The notes beneath the pieces were generated by a model. The model searched no databases. It was not told the DNA's origin and worked only from the letters and a program-made list of their open reading frames with translations. This document shows positions 9,821 to 18,487 of a stretch of DNA of 64,000 bases, piece by piece. Position numbers and translations under genes: made by a program. Source of the stretch: Oligoflexales bacterium (lineage in GTDB: Bacteria > Bdellovibrionota_B > Oligoflexia > Oligoflexales > RGVZ01); contig CANLUT010000007.1 in NCBI GenBank assembly GCA_947494335.1, forward strand, positions 2,037 through 66,036, given 5' to 3'. Every line of letters begins with the position of its first letter. Within the stretch, counting starts at the first letter, position 1.

Positions 9821-9948
9821 CCACCCCTCCTCATCCCTATATGTCGCCCTATTAGACAGTGTGGACCTTTTAGCCATCCCAAGACCGCTTCAATTGATAT
9901 AACTATCTAATATAACTTAATAAATTTTCATAAGCTTTCCTTATTTTA

Positions 9949-9964
9949 TGGCACTGCTCTTGCA
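9949..9964 (+). promoter_or_regulatory. sigma54 (-24/-12) promoter for the M14 peptidase
   Basis: TGGCAC-TGCTC-TTGCA, exact consensus spacing, preceded by an AT-rich tract. Confidence 0.8.
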
Positions 9965-9990
9965 ATCATACAGGCAAGGAGCCTAATGCC

Positions 9991-11016
9991 GTGACCTACT
10001 TGAAGACTAAAACAACATGTCAAAGCCGCACGATTATTACCGTGCTCCTGGCTAGTCTTTTTTTGGTTTATGGCAACGCCTACGGCAAAGATGGTTTCGG
10101 ACTGGACGAATTTAAAAGGCCGGCTGAAGTTATAACCAAACCGGCTCAACCATATCGAACAAAGTTTGGTAACCCGATTCATGTCTATACGATTAAAAAT
10201 AGCGATAACAACCAAGACGCCTCAACCGTGCGCTTTTTGATCCAAGGTGGCCTACATGGAAACGAACTACTCGCAAGTGAGTACGTAGGCTGGCTAGCAA
10301 AAAGATTTGCAAAAGGAGAGAGCCTCCTCAATACGATCAACTCGGGTAATGTAGAAATCGATTTCATTCCATTTGCAAATCCGGACGGTACAATTCAATT
10401 CACGCGTTACAATGGAAATAAGATCAATCTAAATAGAAATTTTGGTGTTCTCTGGGGAACTACCAAGGAAAACCCTGGGCCAAAAGCATTTAGCGAGAGT
10501 GAGACAAGGGCTATCCGCGATCTTTTAACAACTCGTAACTATGCTGGTTCAATAGACGTCCACGGCTATGTGAATTGGGTCGTAATTCCAACTTCACCAA
10601 ACGATGGACTTCAGGGACTCCCTACCGTCAATAAAACAAGGGTTGAGGCCTATGAGAAATGGAGAAAGTCCGTTGAACGTGAAACAACTAAAACAATGCC
10701 TGGCTACCAAGTAAAAACTGCCGGTGCATTAGGTGATGGCGGTGCCTTTGAAGATTATGCATGGTGGGGCGCTGGCGTTCCCTCTGCTTGTCTTGAGGTC
10801 TTTTCGGAAGAACGTTACATCGCGAAGACATTAGCAGGAAAAGTATTTGACTGGATCACGCCGAGTATTTTTACGCGCAACAGAGCCGATGCCAGCATGA
10901 CAGACACTTTCCTGATATATGAGTCTTACATGCATGGGCTTTTTATGGAGGCTCTGAAGCTACGACCTGAAGGTTCAGGAAACAAAGAGCTGGCCGGCGA
11001 TATTTTAAAGAAATAA
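9991..11016 (+). CDS. Secreted M14 family zinc carboxypeptidase
   Basis: Signal peptide; GGLHGNE (HxxE), NPDG, RYNGNKINLNRNF, FSESET, IDVHG, CLE. Confidence 0.88.
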   Translation: MTYLKTKTTCQSRTIITVLLASLFLVYGNAYGKDGFGLDEFKRPAEVITKPAQPYRTKFGNPIHVYTIKNSDNNQDASTVRFLIQGGLHGNELLASEYVGWLAKRFAKGESLLNTINSGNVEIDFIPFANPDGTIQFTRYNGNKINLNRNFGVLWGTTKENPGPKAFSESETRAIRDLLTTRNYAGSIDVHGYVNWVVIPTSPNDGLQGLPTVNKTRVEAYEKWRKSVERETTKTMPGYQVKTAGALGDGGAFEDYAWWGAGVPSACLEVFSEERYIAKTLAGKVFDWITPSIFTRNRADASMTDTFLIYESYMHGLFMEALKLRPEGSGNKELAGDILKK

Positions 11017-11017
11017 T

Positions 11018-11875
11018 TCAGTTAAAATTTCCGTCAATTTTACTAGCGTAAAATTTCGGCAACGCAAACGCACCCGTCATCAAATCCAAGCTCAGATACT
11101 CAAGGCCTTTTTCAACTCGGCTAAAACGCGCTTTATCGAAGGACGCAGGCTCGATCGGCGACTGAGACGCCACTGTCCACGACCAACTTCCGCGGGGATA
11201 CGTCGGTATCGGAGCTACGTAGCTTTTTCTGTGTTTAAAACCGCCGCTGATGTTTCTATGGATACGCCCCAGTGCATCTTTAGTAAACCACGGGGATTCA
11301 CTTTGAGCAGCCATTAGACCTCCAGGGCGAAGTGCCGTAGCGACGTCGCGGTAAAACTCCCGGCTAAACAGTCCTTCTCCTGGCCCAATAGGATCGGTGG
11401 AATCCACCAATATGACGTCAATCTCCTCTTTCAGCTCTTTGATAAATGCAATTCCGTCACCGACACGTACCTTTACGCGCTTGTCGACACCTGGATTCAA
11501 ACAATTTGCCACATGCGGGAAAAACTTTTTGCTTGCATCAATGACCATGGCATCGATCTCGCAAAGAATCACTTCTTCTACTTCTGGATGTTTTAATATC
11601 TCTCTGACCGTACCACCATCGCCGCCACCAATAACGACCACGCGACGTGGATTGTTGTGAAGACACAAAGGGATGTGGGAAATCATCTCATGATAGATAA
11701 ATTCATCGGCATCGGTAATCATGACCAAGCCGTCAAGAAGTAACATCGTTCCGTAGGCCTTGGTTTCAACAACGTCGACACGTTGAAACTCGCTTTTTCC
11801 ACTGAAAAGAACTTCCGTTACAGCCCATCCAGTTCGGATATGATCACTCTCTTGCTCGGTTACCCACAGATCCAT
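11018..11875 (-). CDS. speE: Spermidine synthase (polyamine aminopropyltransferase)
   Basis: LLLDG, DEFIYHEM, VVIGGGDGG, DSTDPIGP, PTYP. Confidence 0.95.
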   Translation of the reverse strand: MDLWVTEQESDHIRTGWAVTEVLFSGKSEFQRVDVVETKAYGTMLLLDGLVMITDADEFIYHEMISHIPLCLHNNPRRVVVIGGGDGGTVREILKHPEVEEVILCEIDAMVIDASKKFFPHVANCLNPGVDKRVKVRVGDGIAFIKELKEEIDVILVDSTDPIGPGEGLFSREFYRDVATALRPGGLMAAQSESPWFTKDALGRIHRNISGGFKHRKSYVAPIPTYPRGSWSWTVASQSPIEPASFDKARFSRVEKGLEYLSLDLMTGAFALPKFYASKIDGNFN

Positions 11876-11908
11876 GAATTAATCCCTCAAATCAGACCAC
11901 AAACTTAA

Positions 11909-12439
11909 TTAACGACGCTTTTTTTCCTGATTGCGGACATATTCAAGGAATGCCGCCTTATCTTGCAGAAGGTCCATAGCATTAGCATGCTGGCGAGCCT
12001 GTCTCTGAAGTTTTTTCTGAGCCTGGCGATTTCCACCCTGCTGAAATTGGCTACGGTGTTGCTGATGACCCTGCTGGGAGTTCCCACTGGCGACATTGCC
12101 ATTAACATTGCCATTTTGGGGATTCCTATTGAAGTTACCCTGATTGCCGCCGCGCATTGTATGCTTCCGCTCCACGATCTCCCAAGCGCGTAACACGACT
12201 CCCTCGGCTAGAAGTTCGGAGATAAGCTCATCAATGGTCACACCCTCTTCGCGAGCGTTATCCCGAAGCTTCCTGTGCAGATTCTTCGAAATACGAATCG
12301 TCAGGTTCTCTGGCAGCGGCTCTGGCGCCTCATCAAGAACCTCTTCGAGCTCCTCGTCCTGCACATCGCGAGTAACCTGATGATTAGATGTATCAATGCG
12401 GTTTCCGCGATTATCAGCGTCCTGATTAAACTTAGCCAT
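11909..12439 (-). CDS. Ribbon-helix-helix (HicB C-terminal-like) protein with Q/N/G-rich tail
   Basis: LTIRISKNLHRKLRDNAREEGVTIDELISELL matches the RHH pattern; low-complexity NQGNFNRNPQNGNVNG...QQ. Confidence 0.65.
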   Translation of the reverse strand: MAKFNQDADNRGNRIDTSNHQVTRDVQDEELEEVLDEAPEPLPENLTIRISKNLHRKLRDNAREEGVTIDELISELLAEGVVLRAWEIVERKHTMRGGNQGNFNRNPQNGNVNGNVASGNSQQGHQQHRSQFQQGGNRQAQKKLQRQARQHANAMDLLQDKAAFLEYVRNQEKKRR

Positions 12440-12554
12440 AATGGATCCTTAAGATTTGGGCCGAATCTGGCCCGTTTGTTCCGAGCCTACGCTCGATCAC
12501 GTGTGGTGTCGTTCAGCTTAAACTGAAACCTGAGTTAAAATTTTGACTCTTAAA

Positions 12555-13892
12555 TCAATTTGTTATTGGGTCATGCCAATGGGCCGAAACGGCTTGAAAA
12601 TCCGTGAACCCATCATGTGCCTGATTTGACAGGGCTACGTCAAGCGCAAAATCATAAAGTCCCCGCTTAATCCCGGATATATCAATAAAAACAGCCACGC
12701 TTCCCGGACCATACTTTAACCACGGCCAACGACCACTCAGCTCCTGGTTTGAAAAGTCCTTCTCTAAAGCCAGATAAGGCGGAGGGGACTGTTTAAGCGC
12801 CTTTTCATCAACACGAACATTGGCCATAAAACTGCCAATTTTGCTGTGCCCTTTCACTGAAAAAACTCCGGAGGGACTGTGATCGAACGCCGTTTTCTTG
12901 AAGCCCTCATAACCTGGTCCAGATGCTGGCAAAAATTCTAAATTCGCATCAAGCGACCATGCGGCATCTTTTGAATACCTCAATATATAGGCCATTCCTG
13001 ATCCACGACTCAGGTAAGAGGATGGATCAAAAACAAATTCGATTTTTGTCGGGATTTGAAAATAGTCGTCATAAAACACGAGCTCACTGAATAGATGTAA
13101 GTTCAATGCTCCAAAAAATCGTCTTAGCTTTGCGCCGACCGCAACGATACTGCGCACTGGACCAGAGCGCCAAGACTCAACCTCTGATGTAAAATCTTTT
13201 TCACCAAAGTAAAAGGACGGCAGAACGAAGATTCGAGGGATCAGCGGCATTACAAACGAGCTACCTGCGAAGACCTGCTTTGGCCCGTCAGACGTTTTCA
13301 CCATAACGTCGCCAATCAACATCGGCTGCCCCGATCTAAACACATATTTATATTTTGAGGTTTCTACCTTTGATAAGGTTGGATCAAAAAGTGGCTGAAA
13401 AACGTCTTGCGTGGTAATACTTCTGACTTCTCCGATTAGGACTGAGCCCAAGTATGCGTCGCGCTCGCCGCAAAAATCAACACGTGCAAAATCGATTAGT
13501 GATGCTTTAAGATCTTTGGACAACTTCTTGCCATTGAATGGTTCACCTAAACTAGTCCCTTTGATGCTGAGCTCATCATTGTTGTCAAAAATCTCATCAT
13601 CAGTTCCACTCGTGAATGGTATCCCTCCCTCAAGAACATAGTTTTCATCAGCATTCACTTCATCGATCTGAATCGGTATCTTTGACCATTTTCCGGACCT
13701 AAATGTCCATCCCTGAATAGAATGGATAGATCGCCCCCGTAACCAAGACGCTCCTTTGATCACAACAGGAAATCGGAAGGTTTTTTGGGGTACACTGGTC
13801 GCCACGCAACCATCAGACTTGGCTAAAATCGGCATCGCATTGACTAGCGACACTATGTGAATCCATAAAACAGCAACCAGAAAGGTCTTCAT
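12555..13892 (-). CDS. Hypothetical exported protein
   Basis: 445-aa ORF with signal peptide; start overlaps the pepP stop (ATGA). Confidence 0.75.
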   Translation of the reverse strand: MKTFLVAVLWIHIVSLVNAMPILAKSDGCVATSVPQKTFRFPVVIKGASWLRGRSIHSIQGWTFRSGKWSKIPIQIDEVNADENYVLEGGIPFTSGTDDEIFDNNDELSIKGTSLGEPFNGKKLSKDLKASLIDFARVDFCGERDAYLGSVLIGEVRSITTQDVFQPLFDPTLSKVETSKYKYVFRSGQPMLIGDVMVKTSDGPKQVFAGSSFVMPLIPRIFVLPSFYFGEKDFTSEVESWRSGPVRSIVAVGAKLRRFFGALNLHLFSELVFYDDYFQIPTKIEFVFDPSSYLSRGSGMAYILRYSKDAAWSLDANLEFLPASGPGYEGFKKTAFDHSPSGVFSVKGHSKIGSFMANVRVDEKALKQSPPPYLALEKDFSNQELSGRWPWLKYGPGSVAVFIDISGIKRGLYDFALDVALSNQAHDGFTDFQAVSAHWHDPITN

Positions 13893-15199
13893 AGCCGTTC
13901 AACGTCAGCTATTTCTTTTGGAATAGACGCTGTTAGCACCTCGTTGCCAGTTGTGGTGATTAGAACGTCATCTTCGATACGAATGCCAATTCCTCGAAAT
14001 TCCTCCGGGACGGATTGATCAGTGGAATTGATGTAAATACCCGGCTCCACACTAAAATACATTCCAGGTTCAAACGGGATTGGGGTTTCGCCTTCTTTGT
14101 ACATACCTGCATCATGCACATCGAGGCCAATCCAGTGACTGATACCATGCGGGCAAAAATGCTTATGAATATTTTTCTGCAAAGCTTCGTCCACGGACTC
14201 TTTGATTAGACCGATATCAATTAGTCCCTTAGTTAAGGTCTTGAAAGCTGCGTCTTGTACATCAACCCAACTCGCTCCCGGTTTAGCCGCGGCGATAGCG
14301 TCCTTTTGTGACTGAAGGCAGATTGAGTAAAGAGACTTCTGAGCGGCACTAAACTTACCATTTATCGGAAAGGTTCTGGTGACGTCGGATGCATAGTTAT
14401 CGACTTGGCAACCGGCGTCGATCAGCAACAGTTCTCCGTCGCGCAAGGTCGCATTGTTATCACGATAGTGAAGAACACAGGCATTATTTCCGCCTGCTAC
14501 GATGGAGCCATAGGCCTCCATTTCTGCCCCGCCTTTTAAAAACTCGTGCAAAAGAGTGGCATGGACATCCCGCTCAGATTGACCGGGCTTCAACTCCTTC
14601 AACACGCGCGCGAAGGCACCTGACGTAATTTTTGCGGCAGCTTTCATACGCGCGACCTCGTCAGGACCTTTGCGAACACGGAGACTCCCACCAATGAGTG
14701 AAGGATCGGAAATGGTCAGCATTCCGGCTGCATTGCGAGCAGCCGTCGCACGATGTCGACGAAGTGCTTCTATAACTTTACGGTCAAAATCATGCCAAAG
14801 GCCTAAGGAATAAAATAAGCCCTGCGCACCGTTTAACAAGTTCGGTAATTTTTGCCACAAATCGTCCCAGGAGAAAGCCTCATCGATCGGCAGTTTTTCC
14901 TTGGCAGCGGCCACACCCAAGCGAAGACCATTCCAGAGTTCTGCATGAGGATCTTTGTCACGAAGAAATAAAATCACCCTTGGTTCCGAGGGTCCACGGT
15001 GAGAAAGAACTAATAGTGCTGCGTCTGTTTCACTAAATCCCGTCAGATAATAAAAAAGACCGTCCTGACGCCAAGGAGCTTCCACCGTGCTATTTCTATA
15101 CGCTTGGGGCTGAGCCATGATCAGCATAGCCTGGCCGTTAAGTTTTGAAATGACTTGATCAAGACGACGACGAAAGTTGATTTCCGGAAGAGACAGCAT
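13889..15199 (-). CDS. pepP: Xaa-Pro aminopeptidase
   Basis: FYYLTGF, LLIDAG, YASDVTRTFP, HGISHWIGLDVHD, VEPGIY, GIRIEDD; ATG 15199 has a GAGGA RBS. Confidence 0.93.
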   Translation of the reverse strand: MLSLPEINFRRRLDQVISKLNGQAMLIMAQPQAYRNSTVEAPWRQDGLFYYLTGFSETDAALLVLSHRGPSEPRVILFLRDKDPHAELWNGLRLGVAAAKEKLPIDEAFSWDDLWQKLPNLLNGAQGLFYSLGLWHDFDRKVIEALRRHRATAARNAAGMLTISDPSLIGGSLRVRKGPDEVARMKAAAKITSGAFARVLKELKPGQSERDVHATLLHEFLKGGAEMEAYGSIVAGGNNACVLHYRDNNATLRDGELLLIDAGCQVDNYASDVTRTFPINGKFSAAQKSLYSICLQSQKDAIAAAKPGASWVDVQDAAFKTLTKGLIDIGLIKESVDEALQKNIHKHFCPHGISHWIGLDVHDAGMYKEGETPIPFEPGMYFSVEPGIYINSTDQSVPEEFRGIGIRIEDDVLITTTGNEVLTASIPKEIADVERL

Positions 15200-15281
15200 A
15201 AAGGTCCTCGAAACTTTATTTAGAGACCTATTCAATCATCCAGGTCACTTTAGATCAACTAGGTAAGGCGGACTTAAGAGC

Positions 15282-15317
15282 AAAAGAAAGAGGGTACGCG
15301 GTGAACGCGTACCCTCT
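15282..15317 (-). terminator. Intrinsic terminator after the HU gene
   Basis: AGAGGGTACGCG-5nt-CGCGTACCCTCT perfect 12-bp stem, then TTCTTTT on the minus strand. Confidence 0.85.
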
Positions 15318-15348
15318 GCAATATACCTAAGAGTTCAAAAGGATGGAA

Positions 15349-15756
15349 TTATACCATTTCCTTAAGAGCTTTAAGAGCGCGAACCTTCACAACGTTGCGA
15401 GCAGGCTTAGCTTTGAAAACTTGCTCTTCGCCGGTGAATGGGTTGATGCCCTTGCGAGCCTTAGTAGCAGGCTTGTTAACGCGTGTGATCTTCATAAGGC
15501 CTGGAACTGTGAAGATACCTGGACCTTTCTTGCCCACATCGAGACCGATGACTTCGCCAAGAGCGTTGAAAAGTGCGCCAACGTCTTTGCGTGTCAAACC
15601 TGTGTTTTCAGCAAGAGCAGTCATGATTTCGCTCTTGGTGCGTGGCTTGTTAACAGCCTTCAACGCAACAGGTGATTTGTTGGTGTGTGCAGCAGCCTTT
15701 GCTTTTGGAGCTTTAGCTTTTGCGGTCTTCTTTGCGGTTGTTTTCTTCTTAGCCAT
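15349..15756 (-). CDS. HU/IHF-family DNA-binding protein with Lys/Ala-rich N-terminal tail
   Basis: TKSEIMTALAENTGLTRKDV, FTVPGL, KPATKARKGINPFTGE...KAKPA. Confidence 0.9.
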   Translation of the reverse strand: MAKKKTTAKKTAKAKAPKAKAAAHTNKSPVALKAVNKPRTKSEIMTALAENTGLTRKDVGALFNALGEVIGLDVGKKGPGIFTVPGLMKITRVNKPATKARKGINPFTGEEQVFKAKPARNVVKVRALKALKEMV

Positions 15757-15808
15757 TTAATGGGCCTCCCTGAAAATTTCATTCCGGAACAAATCGTTCC
15801 GACAAAAA

Positions 15809-15837
15809 ATCATAAAAGGCTGTATTTGAAAAATCAA
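15809..15837 (-). promoter_or_regulatory. sigma70 promoter of the HU gene
   Basis: Minus strand TTGATT-N17-TATGAT. Confidence 0.65.
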
Positions 15838-15883
15838 GTGTGTTCCCTCAAAAAAATGCATTTTTTTCGAGAAAAATGAATAT

Positions 15884-17659
15884 TCAGCTCGGAAGGGACA
15901 AAGAAACTGAATTCCAGCTCGCCGGATGTTCCACCATGAAGTGCACCAAACGAATTCGCAGATGGCGATCAAAAGTCTTGGAACCCAGTCTGCGCTGGAC
16001 GTCCATGACGAGCGCCTTGGTGTCTTCGTCCAAAGAGGAAATGTATTTCTGCTTGAGCTCTGTGTACGTGCTTGGGGATTGCCGGATCATTTTATCCAGT
16101 TCGTCCTGAGCCAAACGGCGCAAATTTTGAGCCAAAGTGACTTGTTTCTGCGATTTTGGGGGTTCAGGCTTGACAGTTAAGCTGTTTGCGGGCACCGATT
16201 CCGGAGTCTTTAACTCGTTTTTCGGCCATTTTTCCGCTGATTCAACAAACACTGATTCTTTTCTCGAGCGGTAGTCCATGACAGATTTTTTACAGACTGT
16301 CTCGATATCAGCCCGCAAAACCCCGGAGGCCAGCGAAAATTGCCCGTCATTCTTAACTGTGTAACGCAATTCCTCAGACCGTCCTGCCAAGGACAAAAAC
16401 TCGCGGTAACGCTGGGTGACGTTTGCCAAAGAAACACTCGAAACCACGTTGAAAATCGGATTTTTCATGATCACATCAGGAAGGGGGGCAAGGCAGCCAG
16501 GTTGGGATCTTGCAACCCACTCAATAAATAGCATCGGCGCCTGAGTCATTAAACCAGGACCCATAATAAAAGCGCCAGCGGACTCATCGGAAATCCGAGT
16601 CCAAATTCCCTCGAGAAGTTCGGAAACCTGCTTGGACTTTGCCGGACAAAGTCGAGCGAACGTTGATAAAAGCATACCCATCTGCGGTGTAAGGCCGTTT
16701 TTGACCACCTTAGTAGATGCTAAACCAAAATACTCCGATTCTGCACGCGATCTCAGTCTTTCCGATGATGCCTGCCACACCAAAAGAGGCGATTGCGACG
16801 AGATCCCATTTTCAAGGGCAACAAATCCGTTATCAGGCTCTCGCTGAATAACGCCATGGGCCGTCAGTCTTCGACCCAATTTTCCCACTAAACGCAAGCG
16901 ATCCATTAACAAAGTTGATGCCGTCTCCTGAGTTTTCTTGCCAAGTTTTACACCGGCCGTCAGCTCATCTAAAGGCGCTCCAACCAGTCCGTCGAGACCA
17001 AGCCATGCAGACTCATTTTGCATGGCTGATTCCATACGGGCATAAACCAACTGCTCAGACAACGACAGCTCCAGCCAAACCGGAGTCCAGAGAACCAGAG
17101 GAGATATACCTTTGTTTACTGAGGCCAAACTTGGCCCACCTGTAAGTCGCCTTATAAAATCAAGGTGAACATCTGTAAACCCAGTCAACAACTCCAGCGC
17201 GATAGACGTGGGTTTTAGCCTCAAATGGCTGAGCTCTGAACCGTTGGCATTGCCACTCCATGTTTCACTCTCAAAAAGTGGAAACACTCGAAATAACCCG
17301 GATTGATCTTGAATTGGAAATCGTAATTGAGCGAAAGATTCAAAGACTCCCGCCAACCGCTCTCTCGCTTGATAATCGATTCCATTCAACTGTTTTTGCG
17401 ATCTGCTCCAGTCCAACTCAACAAAGCCAGACATATTCTCATCCAAAAGTTGGCGCTGAACATCACCTAACAAGACCGCCAGGAGACTTAGCTCCTGAGA
17501 GCTAAATCGAGGCAGCACTCCTCCAGCACATAAGCGAACATCCGTCGACAAAGGATCAGCCGGAGAAAAAAGTGACTCAAACGCATGGAACCACCAACCA
17601 GGAACAAACGTTCTGGCAGTCTCAAGTTTTAGGGACGGACTGCTGTTTGGTGGGACCAC
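15884..17659 (-). CDS. Hypothetical protein, possibly with a Rep/TrfA-like tandem winged-helix N-terminal half
   Basis: 591-aa ORF with GTG start and GGAG upstream; fold assignment is pattern-based only. Confidence 0.6.
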   Translation of the reverse strand: MVPPNSSPSLKLETARTFVPGWWFHAFESLFSPADPLSTDVRLCAGGVLPRFSSQELSLLAVLLGDVQRQLLDENMSGFVELDWSRSQKQLNGIDYQARERLAGVFESFAQLRFPIQDQSGLFRVFPLFESETWSGNANGSELSHLRLKPTSIALELLTGFTDVHLDFIRRLTGGPSLASVNKGISPLVLWTPVWLELSLSEQLVYARMESAMQNESAWLGLDGLVGAPLDELTAGVKLGKKTQETASTLLMDRLRLVGKLGRRLTAHGVIQREPDNGFVALENGISSQSPLLVWQASSERLRSRAESEYFGLASTKVVKNGLTPQMGMLLSTFARLCPAKSKQVSELLEGIWTRISDESAGAFIMGPGLMTQAPMLFIEWVARSQPGCLAPLPDVIMKNPIFNVVSSVSLANVTQRYREFLSLAGRSEELRYTVKNDGQFSLASGVLRADIETVCKKSVMDYRSRKESVFVESAEKWPKNELKTPESVPANSLTVKPEPPKSQKQVTLAQNLRRLAQDELDKMIRQSPSTYTELKQKYISSLDEDTKALVMDVQRRLGSKTFDRHLRIRLVHFMVEHPASWNSVSLSLPS

Positions 17660-17868
17660 GGGACCCAGTCACTCCAAGGCTTTTGACAGTTTTGCGGTTA
17701 AATCGAACATCTTTGGTACTAATTTTGACTCTCGCTGTCGATTAAATTCGACCTAGCAGAGAGGGCAAAATTAGACGCGTAAACCGCTAAAATTTCAGAA
17801 AAAAACGCTCGTAGCCCGCGCAACCCCAAGATTGGCTGGCTATCTGTGATCCCGCGAAGAAGAGTTGC

Positions 17869-18471
17869 TCAATGGTGTCCGTGTCGAACCAACGAATGAA
17901 TCTCTGCCTCTTTAGCGTGCGGCTTGTCGGTGATCGGATGTTTTTCATTTTCATCCTTAACACTCGAAATGCCTCCGTGAAGCGTCGAACGCTGGGCCAG
18001 ATAATCCTTAGTGTAGACCCACTTTTCTTCAGCTAATCCAGCCATCACGTATTCGGGGCCAAGGCGAATGGCATCTACTGGACAGGCCTCTTCGCAGTAT
18101 CCACAAAAAACACAGCGAAGAATATCGATCTCAAAGCGTACGGGATATTTCTCAATTTCGTTTGTTGGGTGCTGGCCGGCTTCAATATGAATACATTGGG
18201 CTGGACAATTAGTCGCACACAGAAAGCAGGCAGTACAACGAACATTACCATCATCACGAAGGGTTAGAAAATGCTTGCCCTTAAAACGGTCGCTGTAAGT
18301 CGCCTCCTGCTCGGGCCACTCAAGTGTTTCCGTTTTCTCCCGACCAGTTATTTGAAGGACGAAAGTCTTCATGGTGAACTTCATACCAGTCATAATACTT
18401 GTGAAATAACCCCAAGCCGCGGCAAAGGGATTTGCATCAACAGGCGGTGGAGCAACTTTTTTTACTGCCAT
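17869..18471 (-). CDS. nuoI: NADH-quinone oxidoreductase subunit I
   Basis: RCTACFLCATNCP and RCVFCGYCEEACPVDAI; ATG 18471 after AAAGGGGG. Confidence 0.95.
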   Translation of the reverse strand: MAVKKVAPPPVDANPFAAAWGYFTSIMTGMKFTMKTFVLQITGREKTETLEWPEQEATYSDRFKGKHFLTLRDDGNVRCTACFLCATNCPAQCIHIEAGQHPTNEIEKYPVRFEIDILRCVFCGYCEEACPVDAIRLGPEYVMAGLAEEKWVYTKDYLAQRSTLHGGISSVKDENEKHPITDKPHAKEAEIHSLVRHGHH

Positions 18472-18487
18472 ATCTAAAATCCCCCTT

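Noticed and set aside
11909-12554. HicAB toxin-antitoxin module
   Set aside because: No small HicA-like ORF adjacent and no HicB N-terminal domain
15343-15760. Plus-strand ORFs 15343-15675 and 15395-15760, and the many similar 60-150 aa overlapping ORFs in the track
   Set aside because: Antisense or alternate-frame shadows of well-supported genes, without RBS or motifs
17660-17710. In-frame ATG-MFDLTAKLSKALE-TGA upstream of the 591-aa ORF (readthrough or selenocysteine?)
   Set aside because: No SECIS-like hairpin or RBS for the upstream ATG; the GGAG there explains the downstream GTG start; probably chance
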